From NCBI GenBank assembly GCA_016861265.1, contig BOLA01000001.1, positions 331,569 through 395,568 on the forward strand: a DNA stretch of 64,000 bases, given 5' to 3'. The stretch comes from Patescibacteria group bacterium. Its GTDB lineage: Bacteria; Patescibacteriota; Dojkabacteria; J137. Below the pieces are notes generated by a model. That model ran no database searches. It had not been told where the DNA came from and saw only the letters and a list, made by a program, of their open reading frames with translations. Positions 27,979 through 37,254 of this stretch are shown piece by piece (positions within the stretch are counted from its first letter, which is position 1; every line of letters starts with the position of its first letter). The position numbers were made by a program, and so were the translations under genes.

Positions 27979-28314
27979 TTATTTAATAACTTCTCCACTT
28001 TTCTTAGCAAATCTTACTTTCTTTCCATCAACAGTTTTGAATCCTACTCTTGTTGGCTTGTCTGTTTTTGGATCTACTAACATAACATTAGAAATGTCCA
28101 TTGCTTTTTCCATTTCAACTAATCCACCTTTAATTCCTAATTGTGGATTTGGCTTTTGAGCTCTTTTAACAATATTAATTCCTTTTACAACAATCTTTGA
28201 TTTTTCATTTCCTTTTGAGTCAGTTTTTACAATAATTGCAAGTACTTCGCCTCTTTTTCCAGCATCCTTGCCTCTCATAATTTGGACTGAATCACCTTTT
28301 CTAATTTTATTCAT
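27979..28314 (-). CDS. rplX: 50S ribosomal protein L24.
   Basis: The KOW-type N-terminus (IRKGDSVQIMRGKDAGKRGEVL) and the operon position. Confidence 0.9.
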   Translation of the reverse strand: MNKIRKGDSVQIMRGKDAGKRGEVLAIIVKTDSKGNEKSKIVVKGINIVKRAQKPNPQLGIKGGLVEMEKAMDISNVMLVDPKTDKPTRVGFKTVDGKKVRFAKKSGEVIK

Positions 28315-28329
28315 AATTTTTACTTAACT

Positions 28330-28713
28330 TTATAGAACTTCTAATGCTAAAGATACTAATTTATTAAATCCTTTATCTTTTAATTCTCTTGCTACTGGAC
28401 CGAAAATTCTAGTTCCCTTAGGTTCCTTTGTAGCTTTGTCGATAATTGCTGCTGCGTTTTCGTCAAATTTAATATAAGAACCATCTTTTCTTCTAATTTC
28501 CTTTGTTGTTCTAATTACAACTGCGTGTACAACATCTCCTTTTTTGTAATTACCATTTGGTAATGCTCTTTTAACAGAGGCACTAACAATATCACCTACA
28601 TAACCGAATTTCTTGAACATTCCACCCTTAACGTTACCCAATACTTGAATAACATGGATTTCCTTTGCTCCAGAGTTGTCAGCTACTTTTAATCTTGATT
28701 GTGTCTGAATCAT
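28330..28713 (-). CDS. rplN: 50S ribosomal protein L14.
   Basis: The N-terminus [17 protein letters not shown] and the operon position. Confidence 0.9.
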   Translation of the reverse strand: MIQTQSRLKVADNSGAKEIHVIQVLGNVKGGMFKKFGYVGDIVSASVKRALPNGNYKKGDVVHAVVIRTTKEIRRKDGSYIKFDENAAAIIDKATKEPKGTRIFGPVARELKDKGFNKLVSLALEVL

Positions 28714-28730
28714 ATCTTTATTATCTAATC

Positions 28731-28985
28731 TTATTTATTTAGAACACCAACTATTTCCCACTTCTTTAATTTAGAAACAGGTCTGCATTCGCTAAAGGCA
28801 ACAACATCACCTACATTTAGATTAAATTGATCACTTACATGAACAACATAACTTGTATGGTGTTTTACAATCTTAGTAAATCTTGGATGTGGGTATTTTG
28901 ATTCCACTTCCACTTTAGCAGTATTTGCACTACTTAGTTTAGTTACTATTCCTGTAATTGTTTTTCTTTTTTTAGTTTCAGCCAT
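28731..28985 (-). CDS. rpsQ: 30S ribosomal protein S17.
   Basis: Sequence and operon position. Confidence 0.85.
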   Translation of the reverse strand: MAETKKRKTITGIVTKLSSANTAKVEVESKYPHPRFTKIVKHHTSYVVHVSDQFNLNVGDVVAFSECRPVSKLKKWEIVGVLNK

Positions 28986-28995
28986 ATTTCTTTAA

Positions 28996-29202
28996 TTAAT
29001 TCTGTTTATTTAGTTTAGTCATTTCTCTAGCAATAAGTCTTCTTAACTTTTTAGCTAAAGATGTGTTTGCTTCCTTACCTAACTTAATATCCATAGATAG
29101 TCTTTCAAATTCTGCCTTTAATTCTCTTAAGGACATCTTATTCCATGATGCTTCAGATTTGTTTACTTTTTCAGTTGTCTTTTTTGTTTCTTCTTTAGCC
29201 AT
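28996..29202 (-). CDS. rpmC: 50S ribosomal protein L29.
   Basis: Size and operon position. Confidence 0.8.
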   Translation of the reverse strand: MAKEETKKTTEKVNKSEASWNKMSLRELKAEFERLSMDIKLGKEANTSLAKKLRRLIAREMTKLNKQN

Positions 29203-29207
29203 GATTA

Positions 29208-29624
29208 TTAATTTAACTGATCCTTAGAAATAATTCTTGTTCTTACCGATAATTTTGCAGTAGCAAGCTTTAAGGCTTCCTTTGCAACTTCTTCAGGTAA
29301 ACCACCTAATTCAAACATTACTCTTCCTGGTTTTACTACAGCTACATACATCGAAACATCTCCTTTTCCAGAACCTCTAACAACTTCGTCAGATTTTTTT
29401 GTATATGGTTTGTGTGGGAATACCTTAATCCATAGTTTTCCTTTTCTGGTTGTATAGTTTACTATTGTCTTTCTAGCCGCTTCGATTTCTCTAGCCTTAA
29501 TCCAAGCCTTTTCTAATGATTGAATTCCATAGTCTCCATATGCTAGATCTGATCCTGTATAGGATAAACCTCTCATTTTTCCTCTATGTTCCTTTTTGTA
29601 TTTTCTTTGTTTAGGTTGCAACAT
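29208..29624 (-). CDS. rplP: 50S ribosomal protein L16.
   Basis: The N-terminus MLQPKQRKYKKEHRGKMRG and the operon position. Confidence 0.9.
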   Translation of the reverse strand: MLQPKQRKYKKEHRGKMRGLSYTGSDLAYGDYGIQSLEKAWIKAREIEAARKTIVNYTTRKGKLWIKVFPHKPYTKKSDEVVRGSGKGDVSMYVAVVKPGRVMFELGGLPEEVAKEALKLATAKLSVRTRIISKDQLN

Positions 29625-29634
29625 ATTATTTTAA

Positions 29635-30291
29635 TTAATCGATTGAATATGAACTCTTTTCTCCTTTATTAATCCAAACTTTAATTCCATGCTTTCCAGC
29701 CTGTGGAACCATAGCTTCAACAAATGCATAGTCTAAATCAGCTCTAATAGTGTGTCTTGGTACAACACCCCATCTTACTTTTTCTCTTCTTGCCATTTCA
29801 GCTCCCTTAATTCTTCCGCCTATCCAAACCTCAATTCCTTTTACTAAACCAGTATTTTTTGCTGCTTCGACTGCTTTACCTGCTGTCATTTTAGGATTAA
29901 TTCTTCTTTCGCATTGCTGAGCAATATTTTCTGCAACTAATTTAGCGATAATATCAGGATTCTTAATCTCAAAAATCTTAATATCAACGTTTGTTTTCAA
30001 TAGTTTTGTTAACTCTTCCTTTAGAGCATTGATTCCAGCTCCGCCTCTTCCGATTACCACACCTGGTCTAGCAACACTAATTTCAATTAAAACTTTATTA
30101 ATAAGTCTTTTAATTACAATAGATGCAACTCCAGCCTGTTTCAATTTTTCTTCAACTAAAGCATTAACCTTCTTATCACTTAGGTATTTTTCTGCATAGT
30201 CTTCTTTAGATGCGTACCATCTTGAATTCCAATTTTTATTTACTCCGATTCTAAATCCTACAGGATTTACCTTGTGTGCACCTCTTGCCAT
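29635..30291 (-). CDS. rpsC: 30S ribosomal protein S3.
   Basis: Sequence and operon position. Confidence 0.9.
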   Translation of the reverse strand: MARGAHKVNPVGFRIGVNKNWNSRWYASKEDYAEKYLSDKKVNALVEEKLKQAGVASIVIKRLINKVLIEISVARPGVVIGRGGAGINALKEELTKLLKTNVDIKIFEIKNPDIIAKLVAENIAQQCERRINPKMTAGKAVEAAKNTGLVKGIEVWIGGRIKGAEMARREKVRWGVVPRHTIRADLDYAFVEAMVPQAGKHGIKVWINKGEKSSYSID

Positions 30292-30375
30292 ATTAAAAAT
30301 TTTAAGATTCGTTCTTTGTTAAGAACTTGAAATTATATATTATTTAAACTTTAAAAAAGCTATGAATTATATCAC

Positions 30376-30852
30376 TTATTCTGCTTTGCTTGTAGCCTCT
30401 ACTTCAACTACTTCCTGTTTTTTTGCTCTAGGAGCCTTTTTTACAGTTTTTGTTTCTGTTGATTTAGTTGCTTTTACAGCTTTAGCTTTTACTGTCTTGC
30501 TTGCCTTCTTTTCTGCTCCATTTGCGTCCTTAACAATAACTGTTATATGACTCATTGGTCTATTATAGAAAGCCACACTTCCTTTTGCCTTATATTCAAC
30601 TCTTCTTAAAGAAGGTCCCTTGTCTACCATTACTTCTGAAACAATTAACTCAGATTCTTTCATTCCAAAGTTATGAACAGCGTTTGCAATTGCACTCTCA
30701 AGTACTTTTTTAACTTGATGAGCTGAACCCTTGGGCATGTATTTTAACGTATAAACAGCTTCAACTGCATTCATTCCCTTTACTATTTGTGCAGGAATTC
30801 TTGCCTTTCTTGTCGATACTCTGATAAATTTTCCTATTGCTTTTACTTCCAT
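30376..30852 (-). CDS. rplV: 50S ribosomal protein L22, with a C-terminal Lys/Ala-rich extension.
   Basis: Sequence and operon position. Confidence 0.85.
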   Translation of the reverse strand: MEVKAIGKFIRVSTRKARIPAQIVKGMNAVEAVYTLKYMPKGSAHQVKKVLESAIANAVHNFGMKESELIVSEVMVDKGPSLRRVEYKAKGSVAFYNRPMSHITVIVKDANGAEKKASKTVKAKAVKATKSTETKTVKKAPRAKKQEVVEVEATSKAE

Positions 30853-30874
30853 ATAATTATTATTTAATTATTTG

Positions 30875-31177
30875 TTACGATCCCTTTCCAGTTGAGCCTG
30901 TTGCCTTAGCAATTTTTCCTTTCTTGCTATGTCCATTGAATTTTCTTGTAAAAGAGAACTCTCCTAGTTTATGACCAACCATACTCTCAGTAACAAAAAC
31001 TTTGTTAAAATATTTTCCATTATGAACATCGAATGTTAATCCAACCATATCAGGTGATATAGTAGATCTTCTTGCCCATGTTTTAATAGACTTTCTGTCT
31101 CCAGTTTGTTTAACTTTTAATACTTTTTCTAGTAATGTAGGATCAACAAATGGTCCTTTTTTTGAACTTCTTGCCAT
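30875..31177 (-). CDS. rpsS: 30S ribosomal protein S19.
   Basis: The N-terminus [12 protein letters not shown] and the operon position. Confidence 0.9.
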   Translation of the reverse strand: MARSSKKGPFVDPTLLEKVLKVKQTGDRKSIKTWARRSTISPDMVGLTFDVHNGKYFNKVFVTESMVGHKLGEFSFTRKFNGHSKKGKIAKATGSTGKGS

Positions 31178-31184
31178 ATTTTAA

Positions 31185-32048
31185 TTAAATAACTGTCTTA
31201 TAAGATTTAAATCTATTCTTTTCCTGTCTTCTCTTAATAATAAACTTATTATTAGGATTTCTTAATCTTCGTGTTCTCTTTCCAATTGGATTACCCCATC
31301 TGTCCTTCTTTGGGCCTCCTGTACCGTGTCTACCACCCTTACCCTGTCCTCCTCCGTGAGGGTGCTTTGTTGACATTGCTACACCTCTTACTCCAGGTCT
31401 AACACCTTTGTTTCTTCTTCTTCCTGCTTTTCCTAACTTTACATTTTTATTATCAGTATTACTTACTGTTCCGATTGTCGCAAAACAAGTTTCTCTTACT
31501 AATCTAAATTCTCCGGATGGCATCTTTAATTGAATGTATCCCTTATCACCACCCATTACCTGTATAGATGTTCCTGCAGATCTTGCAATCATAGCACCTT
31601 TTCCTGGGAACATTTCTACTGCATGTACCATTGTACCTTGTGGAATATCCTTTAACATTAAAGCATTTCCCACTTTGATTGGAGCAGTTTCTCCACTCAT
31701 AATTTCGCCACCTACCTTTAATCCATCTGGCGCAAGAATATATCTTCTCTCACCATTTGTGAATTTAATTAAAGCGATAAATGCTGTTCTGTTTGGATCG
31801 TATTCAATTGTTTCTACAACACCTGCAACACCATGATTTTCTCTTTTAAAGTCAATCTTTCTGTATAAATTCTTTTCCTTACCACCTTGATGTCTAGTAG
31901 TAATTTTACCTTGGTTGTTTCTTCCAGCTTTTCCGTTCAACTTTTCTGTTAGTGGTAAATAAGGTCTGCCCTTTTTAAGGTTAGATCTGTCTACCAATAC
32001 TGCATGTCTTACTCCTGCTGATGTTGGTTTAAATGTTTTTAGAGCCAT
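31185..32048 (-). CDS. rplB: 50S ribosomal protein L2.
   Basis: Sequence and operon position. Confidence 0.9.
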   Translation of the reverse strand: MALKTFKPTSAGVRHAVLVDRSNLKKGRPYLPLTEKLNGKAGRNNQGKITTRHQGGKEKNLYRKIDFKRENHGVAGVVETIEYDPNRTAFIALIKFTNGERRYILAPDGLKVGGEIMSGETAPIKVGNALMLKDIPQGTMVHAVEMFPGKGAMIARSAGTSIQVMGGDKGYIQLKMPSGEFRLVRETCFATIGTVSNTDNKNVKLGKAGRRRNKGVRPGVRGVAMSTKHPHGGGQGKGGRHGTGGPKKDRWGNPIGKRTRRLRNPNNKFIIKRRQEKNRFKSYKTVI

Positions 32049-32058
32049 ATATTATAAA

Positions 32059-32352
32059 TTAATCGTTGTTCTTAATTTCGAATAAATCTAACTTACTGTC
32101 AGCATCAAGTTTAAATACCATGATCTTTTTGTCAGATAGTTTACTCTGTCTTTTTGATAATCTGTTATATTTAACTTTTCCCATTCTACTGGATGTTTTT
32201 ACATCTAAAACTTTAACTCCAAAAATTCTTTCAAGAGCTTTTGAGGCTGAAATTTTATCTGCGTTCAAAGCAACTTCAAATGTAGCCTTATGCTGTGTCG
32301 CATAAACTGCTAATGATTTTTCTGTTACTATTGGTTTCTTAATTATTTTCAT
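32059..32352 (-). CDS. rplW: 50S ribosomal protein L23.
   Basis: The operon position between L4 and L2, and its size. Confidence 0.8.
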   Translation of the reverse strand: MKIIKKPIVTEKSLAVYATQHKATFEVALNADKISASKALERIFGVKVLDVKTSSRMGKVKYNRLSKRQSKLSDKKIMVFKLDADSKLDLFEIKNND

Positions 32353-32353
32353 A

Positions 32354-32977
32354 TTATGCCCAAGTATTATTAATATAATCTAATGCTTCCTTTTCCAATA
32401 ATACTTTTCCAGCGTTTAATAAGTCGTATACATTAACTTCTGAAACTAATACAACTCTTGCTTTATTGATATTAGAAAATGATTTTATTAAATTTTCGTT
32501 TTTCTTTGCAGTTACAATCATCATTTTCTTTGGACTTTCAAAGTTTGACTGAATGCTTATTGCTTCTTTTGTTGAAGGTTCCTTAATTTCTAAAGTATCA
32601 ACAACATTTAATAAACCTGCTTTATTTAGTTTGCTAAATGCATTTCTAAATGCAGCAGCCTTAAAACTCTTTGTTAACTTTCTTTTCCAGTTTGTTTTGT
32701 TAGTAGGACCAAAAGTAACTCCTCCACCTTTCCAGATTGGAGACCTACTTGATCCTGCTCTAGCTCTACCAGTTCCCTTTTGAGCCCATGGCTTCTTTCC
32801 TCCACCTCTTACTTCTGATCTATCTTTTGAATTAGCATTTGATTCTCTTTGGTTTGATAAGTATACATACACATATTGTGCTAATACTTTATCGTTTACA
32901 GTAGAGTTAAATACTGAATCACTTACTTCTACTTCAGAAACTTTTTTTGCTTTTTGATCTAATACTGGTAAGTTCAT
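32354..32977 (-). CDS. rplD: 50S ribosomal protein L4.
   Basis: Sequence and operon position. Confidence 0.9.
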   Translation of the reverse strand: MNLPVLDQKAKKVSEVEVSDSVFNSTVNDKVLAQYVYVYLSNQRESNANSKDRSEVRGGGKKPWAQKGTGRARAGSSRSPIWKGGGVTFGPTNKTNWKRKLTKSFKAAAFRNAFSKLNKAGLLNVVDTLEIKEPSTKEAISIQSNFESPKKMMIVTAKKNENLIKSFSNINKARVVLVSEVNVYDLLNAGKVLLEKEALDYINNTWA

Positions 32978-32978
32978 A

Positions 32979-33590
32979 TTATTTTCTAAATTGTTTTTTA
33001 ATAATTACATATCCTTTGTTTGGACCTGGTACAGCTCCTTCAACAGCAATTAAATTTTCTTCAGGCATAACCTTTACAACTTTTAATCCGCTAATTGTTT
33101 TGTTTCTAGCTCCCATGTGTCCACCCATTTTCTTTCCTTTGAATACTCTTCCTGGAATTGTTCTAGTTCCTAAAGATCCTGGAGCTCTTTCTCTATCAGA
33201 AGCACCGTGACTTCTAGGTCCACCTGAAAATCCCCATCTTTTTACTACGCCCTGGAATCCTTTTCCTTTTGTTGGAGCGGAAACCTGGATTTTTTCACCT
33301 ACAGCAAATGTATCTGCCTTTAATTCAGTTCCAACTTCTGGAGCAGTTTCGCCAGCAAGCAATTTAAATACTTTTTTAAATCTTGGCACAAAGCTAAGAG
33401 TTTTATAATTACCTTGATCTGCCTTAGTTGCATTCTTGCTCTTGTCTTTCCCTATTTCTACATGAGTAGAATTATTCAACACCTTTGAAACAACGTTATT
33501 TGACACATCTATAACAGTAACTGGAATTGCAGTTCCGTTGTCTGAGTATACTTGAGTCATTCCTATTTTTTTACCTAAAATTGCGTTCAT
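32979..33590 (-). CDS. rplC: 50S ribosomal protein L3.
   Basis: Sequence and operon position. Confidence 0.9.
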   Translation of the reverse strand: MNAILGKKIGMTQVYSDNGTAIPVTVIDVSNNVVSKVLNNSTHVEIGKDKSKNATKADQGNYKTLSFVPRFKKVFKLLAGETAPEVGTELKADTFAVGEKIQVSAPTKGKGFQGVVKRWGFSGGPRSHGASDRERAPGSLGTRTIPGRVFKGKKMGGHMGARNKTISGLKVVKVMPEENLIAVEGAVPGPNKGYVIIKKQFRK

Positions 33591-33635
33591 AATATATTGC
33601 CCTGTAGCATTAACTGCTTTTAAAATTCAAATAAT

Positions 33636-33935
33636 TTAAGAGATCTTTAAATCAACTCCGGCAGGTAACTGCATATGAGTTAAAGACTCAATTGTCTTTG
33701 CATTTGATTCAAGAATATCTACTAATCTTGAGTGCTCTGTAAGACCAAAGTGTTCCTTTGATTTTGCATCAATATGAGGACCCTTATGAATTGCAACTTT
33801 CCATTTTCTATTTGGTAATGGAACTGGACCTCTAATCTTTGCACCTGTATCTATTACAGTCTTGCAGATCTGGCTTGTGGCCTTGTCTACTACCCTGTAG
33901 TCGAAACCTTTGATTCTAACCCTAATTTTCTGCAT
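33636..33935 (-). CDS. rpsJ: 30S ribosomal protein S10.
   Basis: The N-terminus MQKIRVRIKGFDYRVVD and its position as the first gene of the S10 operon. Confidence 0.9.
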   Translation of the reverse strand: MQKIRVRIKGFDYRVVDKATSQICKTVIDTGAKIRGPVPLPNRKWKVAIHKGPHIDAKSKEHFGLTEHSRLVDILESNAKTIESLTHMQLPAGVDLKIS

Positions 33936-33989
33936 AATCTTAAATTAACTTAGCCTCTAGGGCTTTTAAATTGCTTTTAAAAGCATTTA

Positions 33990-34032
33990 TTAAATAACAA
34001 AATTAATCCCGACAACCTGAGTTATCGGGATT
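33990..34032 (-). terminator. Terminator or attenuator hairpin between tuf and rpsJ.
   Basis: A 12-bp stem (AAUCCCGAUAAC/GUUGUCGGGAUU, with one G-U pair) and a 4-nt loop are followed on the minus strand by AAUUUUGUUAUUU. Confidence 0.55.
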
Positions 34033-34040
34033 CAATCTTA

Positions 34041-35234
34041 TTACTTTATAATCTGAGTAACAACTCCAGCTCCAACTGTTCTACCACCTTCTCTAATAGC
34101 AAAGTTCATCTTTTCATCTAACGCTACAGGAGTTCCTAACTTAACATTTACTGTTATGTTATCACCTGGCATTACAATTGCATTAGCATCGTCTAGTAAA
34201 ACTTCTCCTGTTACATCTGCTGTTCTGATGTAGAACTGTGGCTTGTAACCTGTCTTGAATGCTGTGTGTCTTCCACCTTCGTCCTTTGAAAGAATGTACA
34301 ACTCAGCTTTGAATTCTGTGTGTGGCTTAAGTGAACCCTTAGCTACTAAAGCCTGACCTCTTTCAATTTCTTCTCTTTTAATACCTCTGATTAATAAACC
34401 AACGTTATCACCAGCTTGTCCTTGTTGTAATGATTTCTTGAACATTTCAACACCAGTAATTGTAAGATCTTTTGCACCTTCCATTAAACCGATTTGTTCA
34501 ACAACTTCTCCAACCTTAACAACACCTCTTTCAATTCTACCTGTTGCTACTGTACCTCTTCCTTCAATTGAGAATACATCTTCAACTGGCATGAAGAATG
34601 GCTTGTCTAAGTCTCTTTCTGGTAATGGAATTGTTTCGTCCATAGCCTTTAATAAAGCAGCCATAGTCTCATCACCGTCTTTTTCACCAGTTGTACCGTA
34701 TAAAGCAGATCCAACTACGAATGGAACTTTCTCTGCATCGTATTTGTACTTCTTTAATAGGTCCTTGATTTCTTCCTTGATTAATTCTAACAAGTCAGCA
34801 TCCATGTCATCTTCAAATCTGTTAATGAATACAACGATGTGTTGTACACCAACTTGATGAGCCAATAACAAGTGCTCCTTAGTCTGTGGCATAGGTCCGT
34901 CTGCAGCAGAAACAACAAGAATTGCTCCATCCATTTGAGCAGCTCCTGTAATCATGTTCTTGATGTAGTCCTTGTGACCTGGACAGTCAATGTGAGCGTA
35001 GTGTCTTGTTTCAGATTCATATTCAACATGTGAAGATGCAACTGTAACAATCTTATTTGAACCTGCTCTTGCGATTCCACCCTTAGCAATGTCAGCGTAT
35101 GACTTGCCAGAGTTTTGCCAACCTTTTCTTTGAGAGTAAGAAACTAAGGCTGCTGTTAATGTTGTCTTACCGTGGTCAATATGACCTAGAGTACCAACAT
35201 TTACATGTGGCTTTGTTCTCTGAAAATCTGCCAT
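34041..35234 (-). CDS. tuf: Elongation factor Tu.
   Basis: The sequence [14 protein letters not shown] and the full EF-Tu architecture. Confidence 0.95.
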   Translation of the reverse strand: MADFQRTKPHVNVGTLGHIDHGKTTLTAALVSYSQRKGWQNSGKSYADIAKGGIARAGSNKIVTVASSHVEYESETRHYAHIDCPGHKDYIKNMITGAAQMDGAILVVSAADGPMPQTKEHLLLAHQVGVQHIVVFINRFEDDMDADLLELIKEEIKDLLKKYKYDAEKVPFVVGSALYGTTGEKDGDETMAALLKAMDETIPLPERDLDKPFFMPVEDVFSIEGRGTVATGRIERGVVKVGEVVEQIGLMEGAKDLTITGVEMFKKSLQQGQAGDNVGLLIRGIKREEIERGQALVAKGSLKPHTEFKAELYILSKDEGGRHTAFKTGYKPQFYIRTADVTGEVLLDDANAIVMPGDNITVNVKLGTPVALDEKMNFAIREGGRTVGAGVVTQIIK

Positions 35235-35429
35235 ATTAGTTTTTTAACAAAAATAAAATATTTTTAATTTAGAATTTAAAGGTAAATAAATAGCCTTTAA
35301 ATTTAAAGCTTTTAGCTAGGTCCGTATTATATACAATAAGTAGGTACTTGGCAAATGCCTAAATTACTTTTTCTTTAAGCTTTGGAATTATACCATCTTA
35401 AAAGCTTTTGTGCAGTATTTTTATATAAA

Positions 35430-35457
35430 AAATTTCCTCTAATATTAGAGGAAATTT
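35430..35457. terminator. Perfect 28-bp palindrome (AAATTTCCTCTAAT/ATTAGAGGAAATTT), a terminator after the ABC transporter gene.
   Basis: Read from the sequence. On the minus strand it is followed by TTTTTATATAA. Confidence 0.6.
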
Positions 35458-35466
35458 TCGATGAAT

Positions 35467-37230
35467 TTATGAGTTTCTTTTTTGATTCAAAATCATATCT
35501 TGCACACTTTCGTAATCTTTTGCCTTGTCAATTTGACCGGAATTTACAAAGAATATTTGATCAGCCTTTTTGATTGTATTTAACCTATGGGCAATAATAA
35601 CCTTTGCTGTGTCTTCTGGCAATTTATTAATAATATCCTGTAGAAGTTCTTCAGTAACTGTGTCAATATTTGCGGTTGCCTCGTCCAAAATAAGCAGCTC
35701 GGGTTTTCTTAAAATTGTTCTAATAAAAGAGATAATTTGTTTCTGACCCAAACTTATATTTTCAGCATTATTATTAATTTCAGTTTCCAGACCTTTCTCA
35801 AACTTATCTATAAATTTTTCTAAGCCAACTTTTTTTAGTTCGTTATATAGGTCCTCGGTAGTCAGCTCAGTTAATAATGGATTCCCATATTTTATATTCT
35901 CACCTACAGTACCTGTGAATAATAAAGGATCCTGCAGTATAAACCCTATTTTTTCAGATAATTCTTCTGGTTTATAACTTCTAATATCCTTGTTATAGAA
36001 CTCTATGATTCCGATTGTAGGGTCGTATAGTCTTGCCATTAAAGCTGCCGTGGTACTTTTTCCTCCCCCTGTTGGACCAACAAGTGCATATGTCTTACCC
36101 TTCTCCAATTCAATATTAATATCTTTCAATATTGGATTATCATGATCATAACCAAAGCTTACATCCTTAAAGGTAACAATATCGTTTACTGAACCTAATG
36201 ATTGATCTTGAGTACTTTCAATTACCTTCAAATCTGAATTCATATTCTGAATTTCTTGAATCCTAGACCACGCAGCCATTGCCAATTGAACATTACTCCA
36301 AATACTTGCAATAATTCTTAGTGGATCGTAAAACCTTTGTGTATAAGTAAAGAATGTAAATAGAATACCAAATGTTAGGTTACCCTCCTTTATTAGCGTT
36401 AATCCATAAACTATAACTATTATTTGTGCTGCATTGCTTGCTAAATCATAAATAGGCTTTAACGATTGATTTGCAATGTCCGCCTTAACAGAGGCCAAGT
36501 AGTTCTTTTCGTTATATTCTTGGAATCTATCTTCAAAGTAGTCTCTTCTATCGAAAGCAATAATTACTTTAAAAGCACTTAAACCTTCTTGTATTTGCGA
36601 AGAAAGGTTCCCCGTTGCATCTAGGCTAACTCTATTAAGTCGCTTTAGCAAAGGTGAAATAACCTGAGTTATTACGAATAGAATTAAGGTTACAGATAAT
36701 GTTACAAGTGCCAACTGTACATTTAAAAGAAGCATAGAAATTGCAATACCTACAAGAATGAACACACTTCCGATTAATCTAATTAAGTATTCCGAAAGAA
36801 ATGAATTTACCTTATCCGTGTCGTTGTTAATTCTAGAAATCAAATCACCTCCTCTATTAGCATTAAAGAATGCTAAAGGTAGTGACTGTAGTTTATTGAA
36901 TACTGAATTCCTTAATTTAAATAGAACCCTCTGTCCTAATCTTCCTGTAACCAGTATTTGCCCATAACTTGCTATTGAGCCAACAACATAAACACCTGCC
37001 ATTAAAAGTACAAAACTTAGTAGATTATTTAAATCTCTATTAGCCAAAAGATTATCTAGGGCATCTCCTTGTATTTTAGGTCCAAGAATATTAGCAATTG
37101 AGCTAATAACCACAAAAAATAATGCTAGCATTAAGGGTCTTAATTCCCCACCAATAAAACTACTAAAGCCTTTTATGGTTTTAATAAAGCCTGTTTTTTC
37201 CTCTCCATTATTATTTAGTTTATAGTTCAT
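35467..37230 (-). CDS. ABC exporter fused permease/ATPase subunit. It carries the catalytically competent Walker B and a degenerate signature motif.
   Basis: An N-terminal six-helix membrane domain is followed by a nucleotide-binding domain with Walker A (GPTGGGKST), signature ISLGQ (degenerate from LSGGQ), Walker B (LILDEATANID) and an H-loop (AHR). Confidence 0.85.
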   Translation of the reverse strand: MNYKLNNNGEEKTGFIKTIKGFSSFIGGELRPLMLALFFVVISSIANILGPKIQGDALDNLLANRDLNNLLSFVLLMAGVYVVGSIASYGQILVTGRLGQRVLFKLRNSVFNKLQSLPLAFFNANRGGDLISRINNDTDKVNSFLSEYLIRLIGSVFILVGIAISMLLLNVQLALVTLSVTLILFVITQVISPLLKRLNRVSLDATGNLSSQIQEGLSAFKVIIAFDRRDYFEDRFQEYNEKNYLASVKADIANQSLKPIYDLASNAAQIIVIVYGLTLIKEGNLTFGILFTFFTYTQRFYDPLRIIASIWSNVQLAMAAWSRIQEIQNMNSDLKVIESTQDQSLGSVNDIVTFKDVSFGYDHDNPILKDINIELEKGKTYALVGPTGGGKSTTAALMARLYDPTIGIIEFYNKDIRSYKPEELSEKIGFILQDPLLFTGTVGENIKYGNPLLTELTTEDLYNELKKVGLEKFIDKFEKGLETEINNNAENISLGQKQIISFIRTILRKPELLILDEATANIDTVTEELLQDIINKLPEDTAKVIIAHRLNTIKKADQIFFVNSGQIDKAKDYESVQDMILNQKRNS

Positions 37231-37254
37231 ATAATTTTAATAGACTTATTAAAT

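Noticed and set aside
26648-32783. Several 65-100-aa ORFs on the plus strand inside the ribosomal protein genes (for example 26648..26845, 30362..30550, 31534..31836, 32066..32305, 32553..32783).
   Set aside because: They are antisense to highly conserved ribosomal genes and show compositional artefacts.
34438-34857. 139-aa plus-strand ORF inside tuf.
   Set aside because: It is antisense to EF-Tu. It is Ser/Thr-rich with low complexity.
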